NCBI GenBank assembly: GCA_963663765.2
Contig: CAXXUA010000005.1
Span: forward strand, 1,728,001 to 1,792,000
Direction: 5' to 3'
DNA from: Candidatus Poribacteria bacterium
GTDB taxonomy: Bacteria > Poribacteria > WGA-4E > WGA-3G
DNA length: 64,000 bases
Under the pieces are notes generated by a model. The model saw nothing but the letters and a program-made list of their open reading frames with translations. It did not search any database and had not been told where the DNA came from. A program made the position numbers and the translations under genes. This document shows positions 41,531-51,573 of the stretch, piece after piece (the first letter of the stretch is position 1; the number at the start of each line of letters is the position of its first letter).

Positions 41531-42169
41531 GCAACTGATTAAATGAGAGATTGCGGACACAGAGTCCTAATGAGTTTTGACGTTAAAGTTGTGTATTCGT
41601 AGGGGCGTGGTTTCCACACATGATCTACGCAAACTCAAAAACCAAACGGGTTGGGGAACCCAACCCCTACGAATTCAACTACCGATTTTGATTGTCAAAC
41701 TTCATTAGGTGTCAATATAAAGAAATATTGTTAATATTAACCATATTCTTTAGTCCCGTAGGGACGATATGTTTATAGAAAACAAATACCCTCCTCATTC
41801 TTCAGTCCCGTAGGGACGATATGTTTATAGAAAACGAATACCCTCCTCATTCTTCAGTCCCGTAGGGACGATATGTTTATAGAAAACAAATACCCTCCTC
41901 ATTCTTCAGTCCCATAGGAACGATATGTTTATAGAAAACAAATACCCTCCTCATTCTTCAGTCCCGTAGGGACGATATGTTTATAGAAAACAAATACCCT
42001 CCTCATTCTTCAGTCCCGTAGGGACGATATGTTTATCCTTCTATGTCGTTCCTACGGAACTAAAGAGAGGGGATGTGATAACGTCTTTCTATAAACATTG
42101 CGTCCCTACGGGACTAAAGAGAACAAAAGTTAGTACCTCTTTGCAAACACTTTACACACCCAAGAATAT

Positions 42170-42290
42170 CAAGGTTATTCAGTTTTCCTAATTTTTGGAT
42201 TTTTCAAAAAACAAACCCCGCGGTAGGAGCGACCTCCCGGTCGCGATTTTCTCAGGAAACAACTAAAATGCTAAAAACTGAATGCCCCTG
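42170..42290. mobile_element. ISAs1-type MITE adjacent to the full ISAs1
   Basis: Flanked by CAAGAATAT at 42161-42169 and 42291-42299. Confidence 0.75.
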
Positions 42291-43409
42291 CAAGAATATC
42301 AGGGTTATTTAGTTTTAAAAACTCTCAGTTATCAAGTTAACTGCGAGTTTAGGTTTTGAAGCTAAGTATTTTATCTCATCTGCTATACGCGTTATCCCAG
42401 CAAATCGCAACACTGCTAAGGCTGTATTTCGCAAAGCAGCCATGATTTGTGGAATAGCACCGCATCGGACAGACGATGCGTCTTCTCCAAGTTGAGTATC
42501 ACGCATCCAATGCGACTTGTTCTCTATTGACCAATGCCCACGGCGTAGCTCAAGTAAACGTTGGGCAGAAGTTTCTCCGGGTGTCAGACTTGTAATACCA
42601 TAATGGATTTTGGTTTTTTCTTCTCCTGTTTTCGTGTTTTTGTAAGTATAACGATATTGGAACACTTGTGCTATACCTGGCCAATCCAGATATGCGTTGA
42701 GACTTGTGCTTGCTTTCAAACACCTTGTCTCTATTCTACCATGTGATTTTTCAGAAGTCTCGTGAGTGTAAATAGGGGCTCCCAATTTAGGATGTGGTGT
42801 GTTATCAGAAAGCGTGTCTGGAACGTCTTGAAAGAGTTTTTGGATCTCATCGTAAAGGTCCGGTTGGTTCTTTTTGACAGGGAGCACATAGTCTCCATTA
42901 CCCTCTATGATGGCGTGGCAGAAAGGTCGCTGTGTCAAAAGTGCGTCTGTTGTGATGACTTTACCACTCACATCAAAGTTTTTGAGGATCTCTGTTGAGA
43001 TCGGTATTTCGTTGGTTTTATCACTGACACCTTTTTGTGTCAGTGTGACGCCTAACTCATGAGACACAACAGAGAGTAAATGGCTTATTGTCGCACCACT
43101 TTTCTTACTGGCACGCATCGTTTTACCGTCTATAGCGACTGCGTCAAGACAACCTTCTAAATCAGGTCGATTTTTACAAACGTCTTCTACCCAGTCTGTA
43201 AATGTCTTTTCAACAGCATCAGCATCTAAATCTTTTAGAACATTATGTATTGTTGCGGGACAAGGTGTTTTCTTGTGTGTAAAACCGAGTGTCCTTGCGA
43301 GGTTTGGTTGGGTTCGGGCCCAAGTTGCGATGGATGTATATCCTTTATGTCCAGTCATAAAACCAATAAGGACAAGTCCGAGGATTGAGTTCAGTGGGTG
43401 TCGTTTTCC

Positions 43410-44871
43410 GGGTGTGTAAAGTTTTTGTAGAAATACTGATGTGTAAAGAGATGTTGCGAAATTTAATAAAAAATGGTACCCTTTCCTAATAATCAAATTA
43501 TAATCATATTTATAGGAGAGGATACCAATGCTCAATATTAATATAAGTATACCATCAGAGTGTCACGAAATCAAGGAGATTTTAGAAGAGATCGCTGAGG
43601 TTACTGGAACACTTTCGTCATCCCCTTGCGTCCCATTAGAAGAAGTTGAGACTTGTGTGCGAGACCTTATGCTTAGAAATGCTCAAAAGTTAGTAGAAGC
43701 GTGTGTATCAGCACATGCTTCTCAGCAATCAGAAGAACCTGTTGAATGCCCAGAATGTGAACAAGTGTGTCGTCCGATACAGAAGCGCGGTGTGAATATC
43801 ACGACACTTTGTGGCAAGATCCGTGTGAACCGTTGGGTGTATAAATGTAGTTCGGGACATTACCATAGACCTTGGGATGTGCGGCAAAAGTTGATAGGTA
43901 AATGGACGCGTCGTGTTGTAGAACGGATATGTAATGTTGCTGCTCATTTTGACTATAGAGCCGCGGTAAAAGAGTTGTCTTTTCAAGGGATAGAAGTGAG
44001 CCATACGGCAGTGCGTGAAAAAGTGCTTGAATGTTCAGAAGATTTGAATGTGTGTGAACAAGTAGAATGCCAAACCCTTGAAGACAATCAGCGTTGGTAT
44101 GTGAGTTGTGATGGATGCCACACCAACTCACAAGAGGGGTGGAAAGAAACCAAAGTTGGTTGTATTTATAGAGATTATCCACAACCTCCGAATAGTTCTG
44201 GTGCGACACCGAGTGCGAGAACACCAAGCATTCGTTATGTTGCTGAGCGTGAGAATGCGGCTCATTTCGGTAAAGAGTTGTATAAGTTAGCAACGCAGAG
44301 CGGCATCTATCAAGAAGATATAGGGACGCAAGAGGTCGTATTTATCGGAGATGGAGCGGCGTGGATATGGAACTTAGCGGATGAATACTTCCCGAATGCT
44401 GTAGAGATTGTGGATTACATGCATGCCAAATCACATCTTTATGATGTGGCTAAAGTTGCCTTTGGTGAGACAGAAACAGAAGACGTAGAAACTTGGGTCA
44501 CAGAGACAGAACCCTTTCTTTTTGATGGCAACATTCCAGAAGTTGTCTCACGTATCCGTGCTTTAGCCACACAGCACCCAGACGTTTGTGAGATTTTAGT
44601 AAGAGAAACAGGTTATTTTGAAAAACACGCGAAACGGATGCAATATAAGACGTTTAGAGAAAAGGGGTATCAGGTTGGGAGTGGTGTGATTGAGAGTGCG
44701 TGTAAACATGTTGTGGGACAAAGGTGTAAACAAGCAGCTATGAGATGGAAAAAAGAAGGTATCAACTCAGTGCTTGCTTTACGGTGTTTAGTCAAAAATA
44801 AGGCGTGGGACAGATATTGGATGCAACACCCACAAGCAGCATGAAACTTATAACCAAAACTTTACACACCC
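43410..44871 (+). mobile_element. ISKra4/ISLre2-like (Mutator-type DDE) insertion sequence
   Basis: IRs GGGTGTGTAAAGTTTT / AAAACTTTACACACCC; 9-bp TSD TCGTTTTCC at 43401-43409 and 44872-44880. Confidence 0.9.
43528..44844 (+). CDS. ISKra4-family transposase
   Basis: 'SCDG', 'WKETKVG', 'FIGDGAAWIW', 'VDYMHA..HL', 'GSGVIESAC', 'MRW'. Confidence 0.88.
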   Translation: MLNINISIPSECHEIKEILEEIAEVTGTLSSSPCVPLEEVETCVRDLMLRNAQKLVEACVSAHASQQSEEPVECPECEQVCRPIQKRGVNITTLCGKIRVNRWVYKCSSGHYHRPWDVRQKLIGKWTRRVVERICNVAAHFDYRAAVKELSFQGIEVSHTAVREKVLECSEDLNVCEQVECQTLEDNQRWYVSCDGCHTNSQEGWKETKVGCIYRDYPQPPNSSGATPSARTPSIRYVAERENAAHFGKELYKLATQSGIYQEDIGTQEVVFIGDGAAWIWNLADEYFPNAVEIVDYMHAKSHLYDVAKVAFGETETEDVETWVTETEPFLFDGNIPEVVSRIRALATQHPDVCEILVRETGYFEKHAKRMQYKTFREKGYQVGSGVIESACKHVVGQRCKQAAMRWKKEGINSVLALRCLVKNKAWDRYWMQHPQAA

Positions 44872-45242
44872 TCGTTTTCCTTTATTGTTGCGCGGGTCTT
44901 GAATTTCTGCTAATCTATCTAACAAGTGTCGAGAGTTTTTCTCTGGCATTTTTCACCTCAAAGGTAAGATTTTTTAGGTGAAGTATAGCAGATATAGCGC
45001 GATAAATCACGCTATATCTGCATATCCAAAAATATTAACGATTGTGATAAAAAACAACCAAAACTCCTAAAACTAAATAACCCTGCAAGAATATATAAAT
45101 GATTGACACAAAAAGCAAACTATGATAGTATTAAGAGGCATTTGTTTCACTGTCCATACATTACACATTAATGTTATATTTTGTAAGTTATAATAATGCA
45201 CTAATTAACCATGATATGATAACCATATCTCTGGAGGAAAAA

Positions 45243-46037
45243 ATGAAAATGTTTTCAAAATACTTAGCAATATTTAGTATCAGTTTATTTGCTGTTATGC
45301 TTGCGATCTCAATGCAAGTTGATGCGGCAATTGATCCTGGGACTGCAATGGCGATTTGGCTTCTTGATGAAGGTGAAGGTAATGATATCAGCGACAGTTC
45401 GGGAAATAACAATCATGGCGAACTGCAAGGTGGACAGTGGGTTGATGGTCCCTCCGGCCCTGCTTTGAGTTTAAATGGACAAAATGATCGGGTCATCGTT
45501 CCAGATTCTGATAGTTTATACGCACCAGAAGGTTGGACCATTACCGCCTGGGTCTTTGTGAATGGCGCTGAGACTAATTATGGACATATTGTTGGCAAGA
45601 GACATGCATCTACTGCAATAGTAAATTACGCCTTCAGAGTAAGTTCTAATGGTGCTCATTGGGAAGCTTATTATAGTCGTGGTGGTTGGAAAGGTGTATG
45701 GAATCAAGGAACCGTAAATAAAGATACATGGTTATATATGACAGCGACGTATGATGGCGTGGATACCATTAAGCTTTATGAAAACGGAACCGAGTTCTCT
45801 TCAACTAATGGATATGGTGGTCCGGCACCTCGGGATACAAACGAAGTTCACATTGGTGGTTGGACTAACAGCACCACTGAAACTTTGAACGGTATGCTCT
45901 ACGATGTTGCAATATTCAATGTCGCGCTGTCCGCGGAAGACATAAATACACTAATGGACAAAGGTTTAGCGGGTGTCCTTCCTGTTGAACCTATGGATAA
46001 GCTTTCAACCACATGGGGAAGTATCAAGTCCCGTTAG
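45243..46037 (+). CDS. LamG/concanavalin-like domain secreted protein with C-terminal 'PVEPMDKLSTTWGSIK' tail
   Basis: 'WLLDEGEG..ISDSSGNNNHG', 'WTITAWV', 'YDG..IKLYENG', 'FNVALS..DI'; GGAGG RBS; promoter TTGACA-N17-TAGTAT at 45103-45131. Confidence 0.85.
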   Translation: MKMFSKYLAIFSISLFAVMLAISMQVDAAIDPGTAMAIWLLDEGEGNDISDSSGNNNHGELQGGQWVDGPSGPALSLNGQNDRVIVPDSDSLYAPEGWTITAWVFVNGAETNYGHIVGKRHASTAIVNYAFRVSSNGAHWEAYYSRGGWKGVWNQGTVNKDTWLYMTATYDGVDTIKLYENGTEFSSTNGYGGPAPRDTNEVHIGGWTNSTTETLNGMLYDVAIFNVALSAEDINTLMDKGLAGVLPVEPMDKLSTTWGSIKSR

Positions 46038-46163
46038 CACTGACATCTAATTTTATTGAAATGGTATTGAGTGATTCGCATCGCGCCCAATTTGGCTACA
46101 CCCAATTTGGGCGTTTTGCATTGCGGGTTAAAATAACAAATCATATCAAACATGGAGATAACT

Positions 46164-47444
46164 ATGGCAAAATCACCAAACATATTACTCATTCTTGCAG
46201 ATGATCACGGTTATGGCGATATCTCAGCACATGATGGACCCTCAATTCAAACACCTAACATTGACAGAATTGCCGCAGAAGGTACACGTTTAACGCAATT
46301 TTATGCGAACTCCTCTGTATGTTCACCGAGTCGTGCCTCTCTGATGACAGGACGTTATCCTGATCGAGTTGGTGTTCCTGGTGTGGTACGCACACATGCC
46401 CAGAACAACTGGGGTTATTTTCAACGGGATGCGATCACACTGCCTTCAATGTTGAAACAGAAAGACTATCGTACCGCACTTATCGGTAAGTGGCATTTGG
46501 GACTTGAAGATGAGAATCACCCGTGCAAACGCGGGTTTGACCATTTCCACGGTTTCCTCGGTGATATGATGGACGACTATTATACACATCTGCGACATGG
46601 TAATAACTACATGCGGCGTAGTTTTGAAACGATTGATCCGAGAGGTCACGCAACAGACCTTTTTTCGGATTGGAGTGTGGACTTTGTTCGCACGCATGCA
46701 CATACATCCCATCCCTTTTTCCTCTATCTTGCTTACAATGCACCGCATTCACCGATACAACCGCCAGATGACTGGATTGAACGCGTACAGAAACGTGAAC
46801 CGGATATTTCACCGCAACGTGCGAAACACATTGCTCTTGTGGAGCATATGGATGCGGGTATCGGACGCGTGCTTGATGCCCTTGAAAAAACAGATCAACT
46901 CTCTAATACACTCGTGATTTACACGTCAGACAATGGTGGTGCGATGCAGTTTGGTGCGCACAACGGTCCGCTCCGTGGGCAAAAAGGTCAGATGTATGAA
47001 GGCGGCATCCGAGTACCGACATGTGCGATGTGGAAAGACCATATACCAGAAGGACATGTTACGAATCAAGTTGCAATGCTTATGGATTTATTACCGACAG
47101 TGTGTGAGGTGGCTGATGTGCCTGTCAAACATGAGATTGAGGGACGTTCTATTTGGCAAACGCTTCAGGGAGAAAAACAGGACTTCTCTGATCGTCTGCT
47201 ATACTGGATACGCAGAGAAGGTGGAAACCGCTTTCACGGGCAGTGTCAACACGCAATACGACAGGGTGACATCAAGATGCTACACAATAGTCCTTTTGAA
47301 CCTTTGGAACTGTATGACCTATCAAGCGATCCGATGGAAGCGAATGACACTTCAGGTACAAACAATAAACTCTATCGAGAAATGGGAAATCTGTTTCAGA
47401 CAGAAAAACAGAAGGCAGGAAGTGTTCCTTGGCAGAAGGGTTAA
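46164..47444 (+). CDS. Sulfatase (arylsulfatase A family)
   Basis: 'PNILLILADD', 'CSPSRASLMTGRY' (formylglycine motif), 'GKWHLG', 'SDNG'. Confidence 0.93.
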   Translation: MAKSPNILLILADDHGYGDISAHDGPSIQTPNIDRIAAEGTRLTQFYANSSVCSPSRASLMTGRYPDRVGVPGVVRTHAQNNWGYFQRDAITLPSMLKQKDYRTALIGKWHLGLEDENHPCKRGFDHFHGFLGDMMDDYYTHLRHGNNYMRRSFETIDPRGHATDLFSDWSVDFVRTHAHTSHPFFLYLAYNAPHSPIQPPDDWIERVQKREPDISPQRAKHIALVEHMDAGIGRVLDALEKTDQLSNTLVIYTSDNGGAMQFGAHNGPLRGQKGQMYEGGIRVPTCAMWKDHIPEGHVTNQVAMLMDLLPTVCEVADVPVKHEIEGRSIWQTLQGEKQDFSDRLLYWIRREGGNRFHGQCQHAIRQGDIKMLHNSPFEPLELYDLSSDPMEANDTSGTNNKLYREMGNLFQTEKQKAGSVPWQKG

Positions 47445-47654
47445 TTTCATGACCATGTAGTTCGGATTGCACTGGCACGCTATCTATTTGGAACAAAAGA
47501 ACGGTAGATGCGGTTTCCTAACCGCACCGCTGCTGAATGTACAATTAATTCTTAAATCTACACATAATTGCGTTTTTGCTATCTTTTTTACATGACATGA
47601 CTCAAAGGTTTAGGGTGTTTCTATAAAATGAGATTGGAACTTTTTAAGTTGCCG

Positions 47655-47683
47655 TTGACAGACGACCTAATCCATTGTATAAT
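47655..47683 (+). promoter_or_regulatory. Consensus sigma70 promoter of the grpE-like/Hsp70/J-like-adaptor cluster
   Basis: TTGACA-N17-TATAAT; no CIRCE-like TTAGCACTC-N9-GAGTGCTAA seen nearby. Confidence 0.8.
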
Positions 47684-47740
47684 CAAAAGAGACTTAGAAC
47701 TGCCCCTCTAAAAAAACTCCGTTGTAAGGAGGGTTCAATT

Positions 47741-48433
47741 TTGGAAAAACAATTGAATGAAAACGACCTAAAATCAGACATGGATATAGATACAGAAATG
47801 GATACGAATACCGTAGCAAATGCTTCTACACAAATAGATAACCCTGAAGTGTCACAACAGGGAGACCTTGCACAGATAAATCAAACCTTGTCAACATTGC
47901 GAGATCTGTTTGACAAGCAGATTGCGCGAAACCAGAATCAGACAGAGATGTTTGATAAAATATATGCTGAAATGAAGGAATATAAGGAGAGTTTTCTACT
48001 TGAAGTGCTTCACAAACCGGTTATCCACAACCTAATCCAACTTTACGATAGTTATGTAATGCTTGAAATGCAACTGGACGATATATTGAGCGAAAATGAA
48101 AAAACACTGCCAGATGAACTGACGCAATTTCGGAAGAATTTGGAGAATTTTCGGTTTATTCTGGAGGAGGTGTTATACCGCATGGACGTGACTCCCTATA
48201 AGGATTCTCTGGATACACTTGATCGGCAGTTGCACAAGACGCGCAAGGTGATACCTTCAGATGACCCGCAACAGGATCAGAAAATCGCAGAAGTTCACAA
48301 GATTGGGTTTCATTGGCGAGAGAAAGTGTTCAGACCAGAAGAGGTGACGATATTTCGTAATACTACCCAAAAAACTGATACCTCAATAAATGAATCTCCT
48401 TCCAGTGAGAAAGGAGGTAGAAGGGATGGGTAA
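47741..48433 (+). CDS. grpE: GrpE-like nucleotide exchange factor
   Basis: Coiled-coil N-half; C-terminal 'LDRQLHKT...KIAEVHKIGFHWREKVFRPEEVTI' matches the GrpE beta-domain pattern; AAGGAGG RBS + TTG. Confidence 0.7.
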   Translation: MEKQLNENDLKSDMDIDTEMDTNTVANASTQIDNPEVSQQGDLAQINQTLSTLRDLFDKQIARNQNQTEMFDKIYAEMKEYKESFLLEVLHKPVIHNLIQLYDSYVMLEMQLDDILSENEKTLPDELTQFRKNLENFRFILEEVLYRMDVTPYKDSLDTLDRQLHKTRKVIPSDDPQQDQKIAEVHKIGFHWREKVFRPEEVTIFRNTTQKTDTSINESPSSEKGGRRDG

Positions 48434-50021
48434 AGTCGTTGGTATTGATCTCGGAACAACATTCTCTGCAATAGCGCACATCAATGAACATGGACAGGCA
48501 GAGATTGTTCCAAACTTAGAAAGTGAACGTATTACATCGTCGGTCATCATGTTTGAGGACAAGCTCGTGACCGTTGGCAAAATCGCCAAGCAAAACGCCA
48601 GAGCTGTCCCGGAACAGATCGTGGAGTTCGTCAAACGTGAGATGGGTAAGTCCAAAACAGAATACTTTCGTACATTTGATGCAAAGAACTATTCCCCTGA
48701 AGAACTCTCTGCCATTATCCTGACGAAACTCAAGCAGGACGCCGAAACATATCTGGACGAAGAAATTACGGATGCTGTTATTACTGTTCCCGCTTATTTT
48801 CATGATGCGGAGCGCGAAGCAACCCGAAATGCAGGAAAAATTGCTGGGTTAAATGTCCTGCAAGTCCTCAATGAACCAACCGCTGCAGCACTTGCTTATG
48901 GCATGGATCAGCTGGGTACCAACCAAAATGTATTCGTATTTGACCTTGGTGGTGGTACGTTTGATGTGACGATCATGAGCGTGTCCGACACTGAAATCCA
49001 GATGCTTGCAACAAACGGTGACCACAGACTTGGCGGTAAGGATTGGGATGATAAGATCATCACACATGTTGCGGAGATGTTTGAGATAGAGCACGGGGAG
49101 AACCCGTTAGAGGACCTTCACACGTATCAAGACTTACAATTGGATGCGATCACTGCGAAAGAATCTTTGTCATTAAGGCAGCGCGCCCTCATCGTTTGCG
49201 GCTATAACGGCAAGACAACACGCGTGGAATTGACCAGAGAAAAGTTTGAACAACTCACTGCAGACCTGCTTGAAAGATGTCGTGTTTTGTGTAATGTTGT
49301 CCTGACAGAAGCAGATATGTCGTGGGAAGATATAGACAAAATCCTGTTAGTCGGTGGGTCAACTCGGATGCCGATGGTGCGTGAGATGATAGCCGCAAGC
49401 AGCGGTAAAGAGATCAATCCTTATGAAGTCAACCCGGATGAAGTCGTGGCAATCGGTGCTGCTATTCAGGGAACGCTCCGTCAGATTTCCGAAGGTGAGA
49501 CCGAAACCGCCGATATACCGGATGCTGTCATTGAAAGATTCATCGGACCTGACGGTGCACCGAAGGTTACCGTAACTGATGGTGCGACACATAACCTTGG
49601 ACTTGTCGTCCTAAACGCACAACGCGAGCATATCATCCATGTTATGATACCCAAAATGACGGCTGTGCCATGTGAAGTCGGAGATAAGTTCTTGACAGTT
49701 GACCACAATCAACCTTCGGTGTTAATTGAAGTCGTGCAGGGACTTCAACAGGATCAATTCAGAGAGAATATTGATCACTTTGATGAGTACAAATTAGGTG
49801 AATGTACGCTTGAGTTGCCACTGGGGTTACCACAAGGGTCTCCAATTGAAGTTATCTACAAATACAACTTGCATCAAAATCTTGAGGTATCCGCAACATC
49901 TCTCTCTGACGATGACGCAACTGCTGTCTACGACATCTTTTCCATCATTGATAGACCGACTCTCAATGAAGAGGAGGTTGCACAGGCAAAAACGGAACTA
50001 CAAGATTTAATCGTTGAATAA
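48426..50021 (+). CDS. Hsp70/DnaK-family protein lacking the C-terminal helical lid
   Basis: 'GIDLGTT', 'TVPAYF', 'NEPTAAA', 'DLGGGTFD', 'LVGGSTRMP', 'NPDEVVAIGAA'; SBD-beta present; 531 aa; AAGGAGG RBS. Confidence 0.92.
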   Translation: MGKVVGIDLGTTFSAIAHINEHGQAEIVPNLESERITSSVIMFEDKLVTVGKIAKQNARAVPEQIVEFVKREMGKSKTEYFRTFDAKNYSPEELSAIILTKLKQDAETYLDEEITDAVITVPAYFHDAEREATRNAGKIAGLNVLQVLNEPTAAALAYGMDQLGTNQNVFVFDLGGGTFDVTIMSVSDTEIQMLATNGDHRLGGKDWDDKIITHVAEMFEIEHGENPLEDLHTYQDLQLDAITAKESLSLRQRALIVCGYNGKTTRVELTREKFEQLTADLLERCRVLCNVVLTEADMSWEDIDKILLVGGSTRMPMVREMIAASSGKEINPYEVNPDEVVAIGAAIQGTLRQISEGETETADIPDAVIERFIGPDGAPKVTVTDGATHNLGLVVLNAQREHIIHVMIPKMTAVPCEVGDKFLTVDHNQPSVLIEVVQGLQQDQFRENIDHFDEYKLGECTLELPLGLPQGSPIEVIYKYNLHQNLEVSATSLSDDDATAVYDIFSIIDRPTLNEEEVAQAKTELQDLIVE

Positions 50022-50104
50022 GTGCTGTTCTGAAATAACCTTATGTCAAATGTTTTTGTTTGTCTTACCGCCTCCTTCAAACCTGCTTCAAGGGAAATGA
50101 ACCA

Positions 50105-51514
50105 ATGTCAAACAGGGATGAATTTATTGCCTTAGTAAACGACCTAAAAATGATTTCACCAACGATTTCTGATGAACAACGTAAAGGTCTGCTCCATCGC
50201 GCAGTACAACGCTATGGTATTCCTATTGATGAAGCGATAGAGATATTAAAAACATCAGGATTAGTTGTAGGTGAACAAGTTAATTATTTTAAGGTCTTAG
50301 GTTTTTCAATATCTGAACTAAATGGACGAAGTGAACTGGATATTATTCAAAGTGTTGAAACGGCACATAGAACCCTCTATAGTGCTTCGTTGACAGCAGG
50401 CGGACTCCCTCGTTCAGATGGTAGAACGCAAGAACAGTGGCGAACACTCCTGAATCAAGCGAAAGACGTACTCAGTAACCCGCAAAAGAGGAACAAACAC
50501 ATTGGTGAACTGAATTCCAAAAAACGTGAAGCATCAACCGTAGAGGATTTACCAAGAACAAGCACTGGTATCACCAGACCTCAAATCCAGGTAAAAGATG
50601 CGGTTCTTTCAAAACACGAAGATGCAGTGCATTCTGTTGCATTTTCACCAGATAGCACTACTGTTGCCAGTGGTAGTGCAGACAAGACATTGTGTCTGTG
50701 GGATGTTGTGACGGGAACGGTAAAAAATACCCTTATTGGACATCAAGACATCGTCAGTTCTGTCGCGTATTCCCCGGATGGTAGCACAATCGCAAGTGGT
50801 AGTTATGATAGAACGGTACGTTTATGGGATGCAAATACTGGAGAACTAAATAAGCTACTGATAGGACATGAGGATACCATCAGTTCTGTCGCTTATGCAT
50901 CTGTTGATAGCTCAATTGCAAGTGCAAGTCATGATGGAACAATTCGTGTGTGGGATGCTGTTGATGGAGGACTTAAGAATATTCTCAAAGGACATAAAAA
51001 TTGGGTGAGTTCCGTGGCGTATTCCCCGGATGGTAGTACAATCGCAAGTGGTAGTTATGATAGAATGATCGGTTTATGGGATGCTACAACAGGTCAATAT
51101 AAGTACAGTTTAATTGGTCATAAGAATAGTGTTAGCTCAATAGTGTATTCACCTGATGGCAAAACATTAGCAAGTACAAGTATTTATGGATCGGTTCGTT
51201 TTTGGGACACTACCACAGGTGAACCCATTGATTTTCTTCAAGGACATCTATCTTGGTTTAACGCTATAGAATATTCACCTGATGGTTCAACGGTGGCTTG
51301 TGGAAGTTATTACGGGGTGGTGCGTTTGTGTGACCTCAGAACGGGGAAATTCACAAATACACTTACTGGTCATAAAACTCTGATAAATTCACTCGCTTAT
51401 TCACCTTGTGGTAGGGTTCTTGTCAGTTGTAGCACGGATAAGGATGTACGTTTGTGGAATCTTACTCAGTTCAAGGAATCGCCGTTAGAACATGGTCCTG
51501 TCTTTTTTTTCTAA
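50105..51514 (+). CDS. J-like N-terminal module + WD40 beta-propeller
   Basis: Shared N-module; about seven 'GH...V.SVAYSPDG..IASGS.D..V.LWD' repeats. Confidence 0.88.
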   Translation: MSNRDEFIALVNDLKMISPTISDEQRKGLLHRAVQRYGIPIDEAIEILKTSGLVVGEQVNYFKVLGFSISELNGRSELDIIQSVETAHRTLYSASLTAGGLPRSDGRTQEQWRTLLNQAKDVLSNPQKRNKHIGELNSKKREASTVEDLPRTSTGITRPQIQVKDAVLSKHEDAVHSVAFSPDSTTVASGSADKTLCLWDVVTGTVKNTLIGHQDIVSSVAYSPDGSTIASGSYDRTVRLWDANTGELNKLLIGHEDTISSVAYASVDSSIASASHDGTIRVWDAVDGGLKNILKGHKNWVSSVAYSPDGSTIASGSYDRMIGLWDATTGQYKYSLIGHKNSVSSIVYSPDGKTLASTSIYGSVRFWDTTTGEPIDFLQGHLSWFNAIEYSPDGSTVACGSYYGVVRLCDLRTGKFTNTLTGHKTLINSLAYSPCGRVLVSCSTDKDVRLWNLTQFKESPLEHGPVFFF

Positions 51515-51573
51515 GTAACATTTATATGACCAAAGATATAGGTTCAGTCTGTTTCTGGAAAGAGGATGTTTGA

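Larger units (their letters stand above)
40192..42161. mobile_element. Region bounded by ISKra4/ISLre2-type IRs and filled with tandem REP-like repeats
   Basis: GGGTGTGTAAAGTTTTTGC at 40192 and CACTTTACACACCC ending 42161; no matching TSD, so it may be two fused remnants. Confidence 0.55.
42315..44949 (-). pseudogene. ISAs1 transposase split by an inserted IS (N-terminus 44949-44872 'MPEKNSRHLLDRLAEIQDPRNNKGKR', remainder 43400-42315)
   Basis: Rejoined frame gives DPR...GKRHPL, 'AIDGKTMR', 'KTNEIP', 'TTDALLTQ', 'VKKNQ', 'HWSIENKSHW'; 387 aa. Confidence 0.9.
42300..45085 (-). mobile_element. ISAs1-family insertion sequence (interrupted)
   Basis: IRs CAGGGTTATTTAGTTTT / AAAACTAAATAACCCTG; 9-bp TSD CAAGAATAT at 42291-42299 and 45086-45094. 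Confidence 0.9.

Noticed and set aside
40879-41560. Multiple ~200-aa ORFs in all frames (also 11702-12209)
   Set aside because: Products of stop-poor tandem repeats
40183-42170. Single intact ISKra4-type MITE with TSD
   Set aside because: Flanks (TTAGGGATA vs AAGAATATC) do not match, so it is reported only as an IR-bounded region
43410-43535. N-terminus of the 406-aa ORF 42315-43535
   Set aside because: The first ~42 codons derive from the inserted IS end; the true N-terminus is at 44949-44872
47741-50021. Housekeeping grpE-dnaK heat-shock operon
   Set aside because: Hsp70 lacks the lid and the DVLLLD linker; no HPD-containing dnaJ, hrcA or CIRCE element is seen
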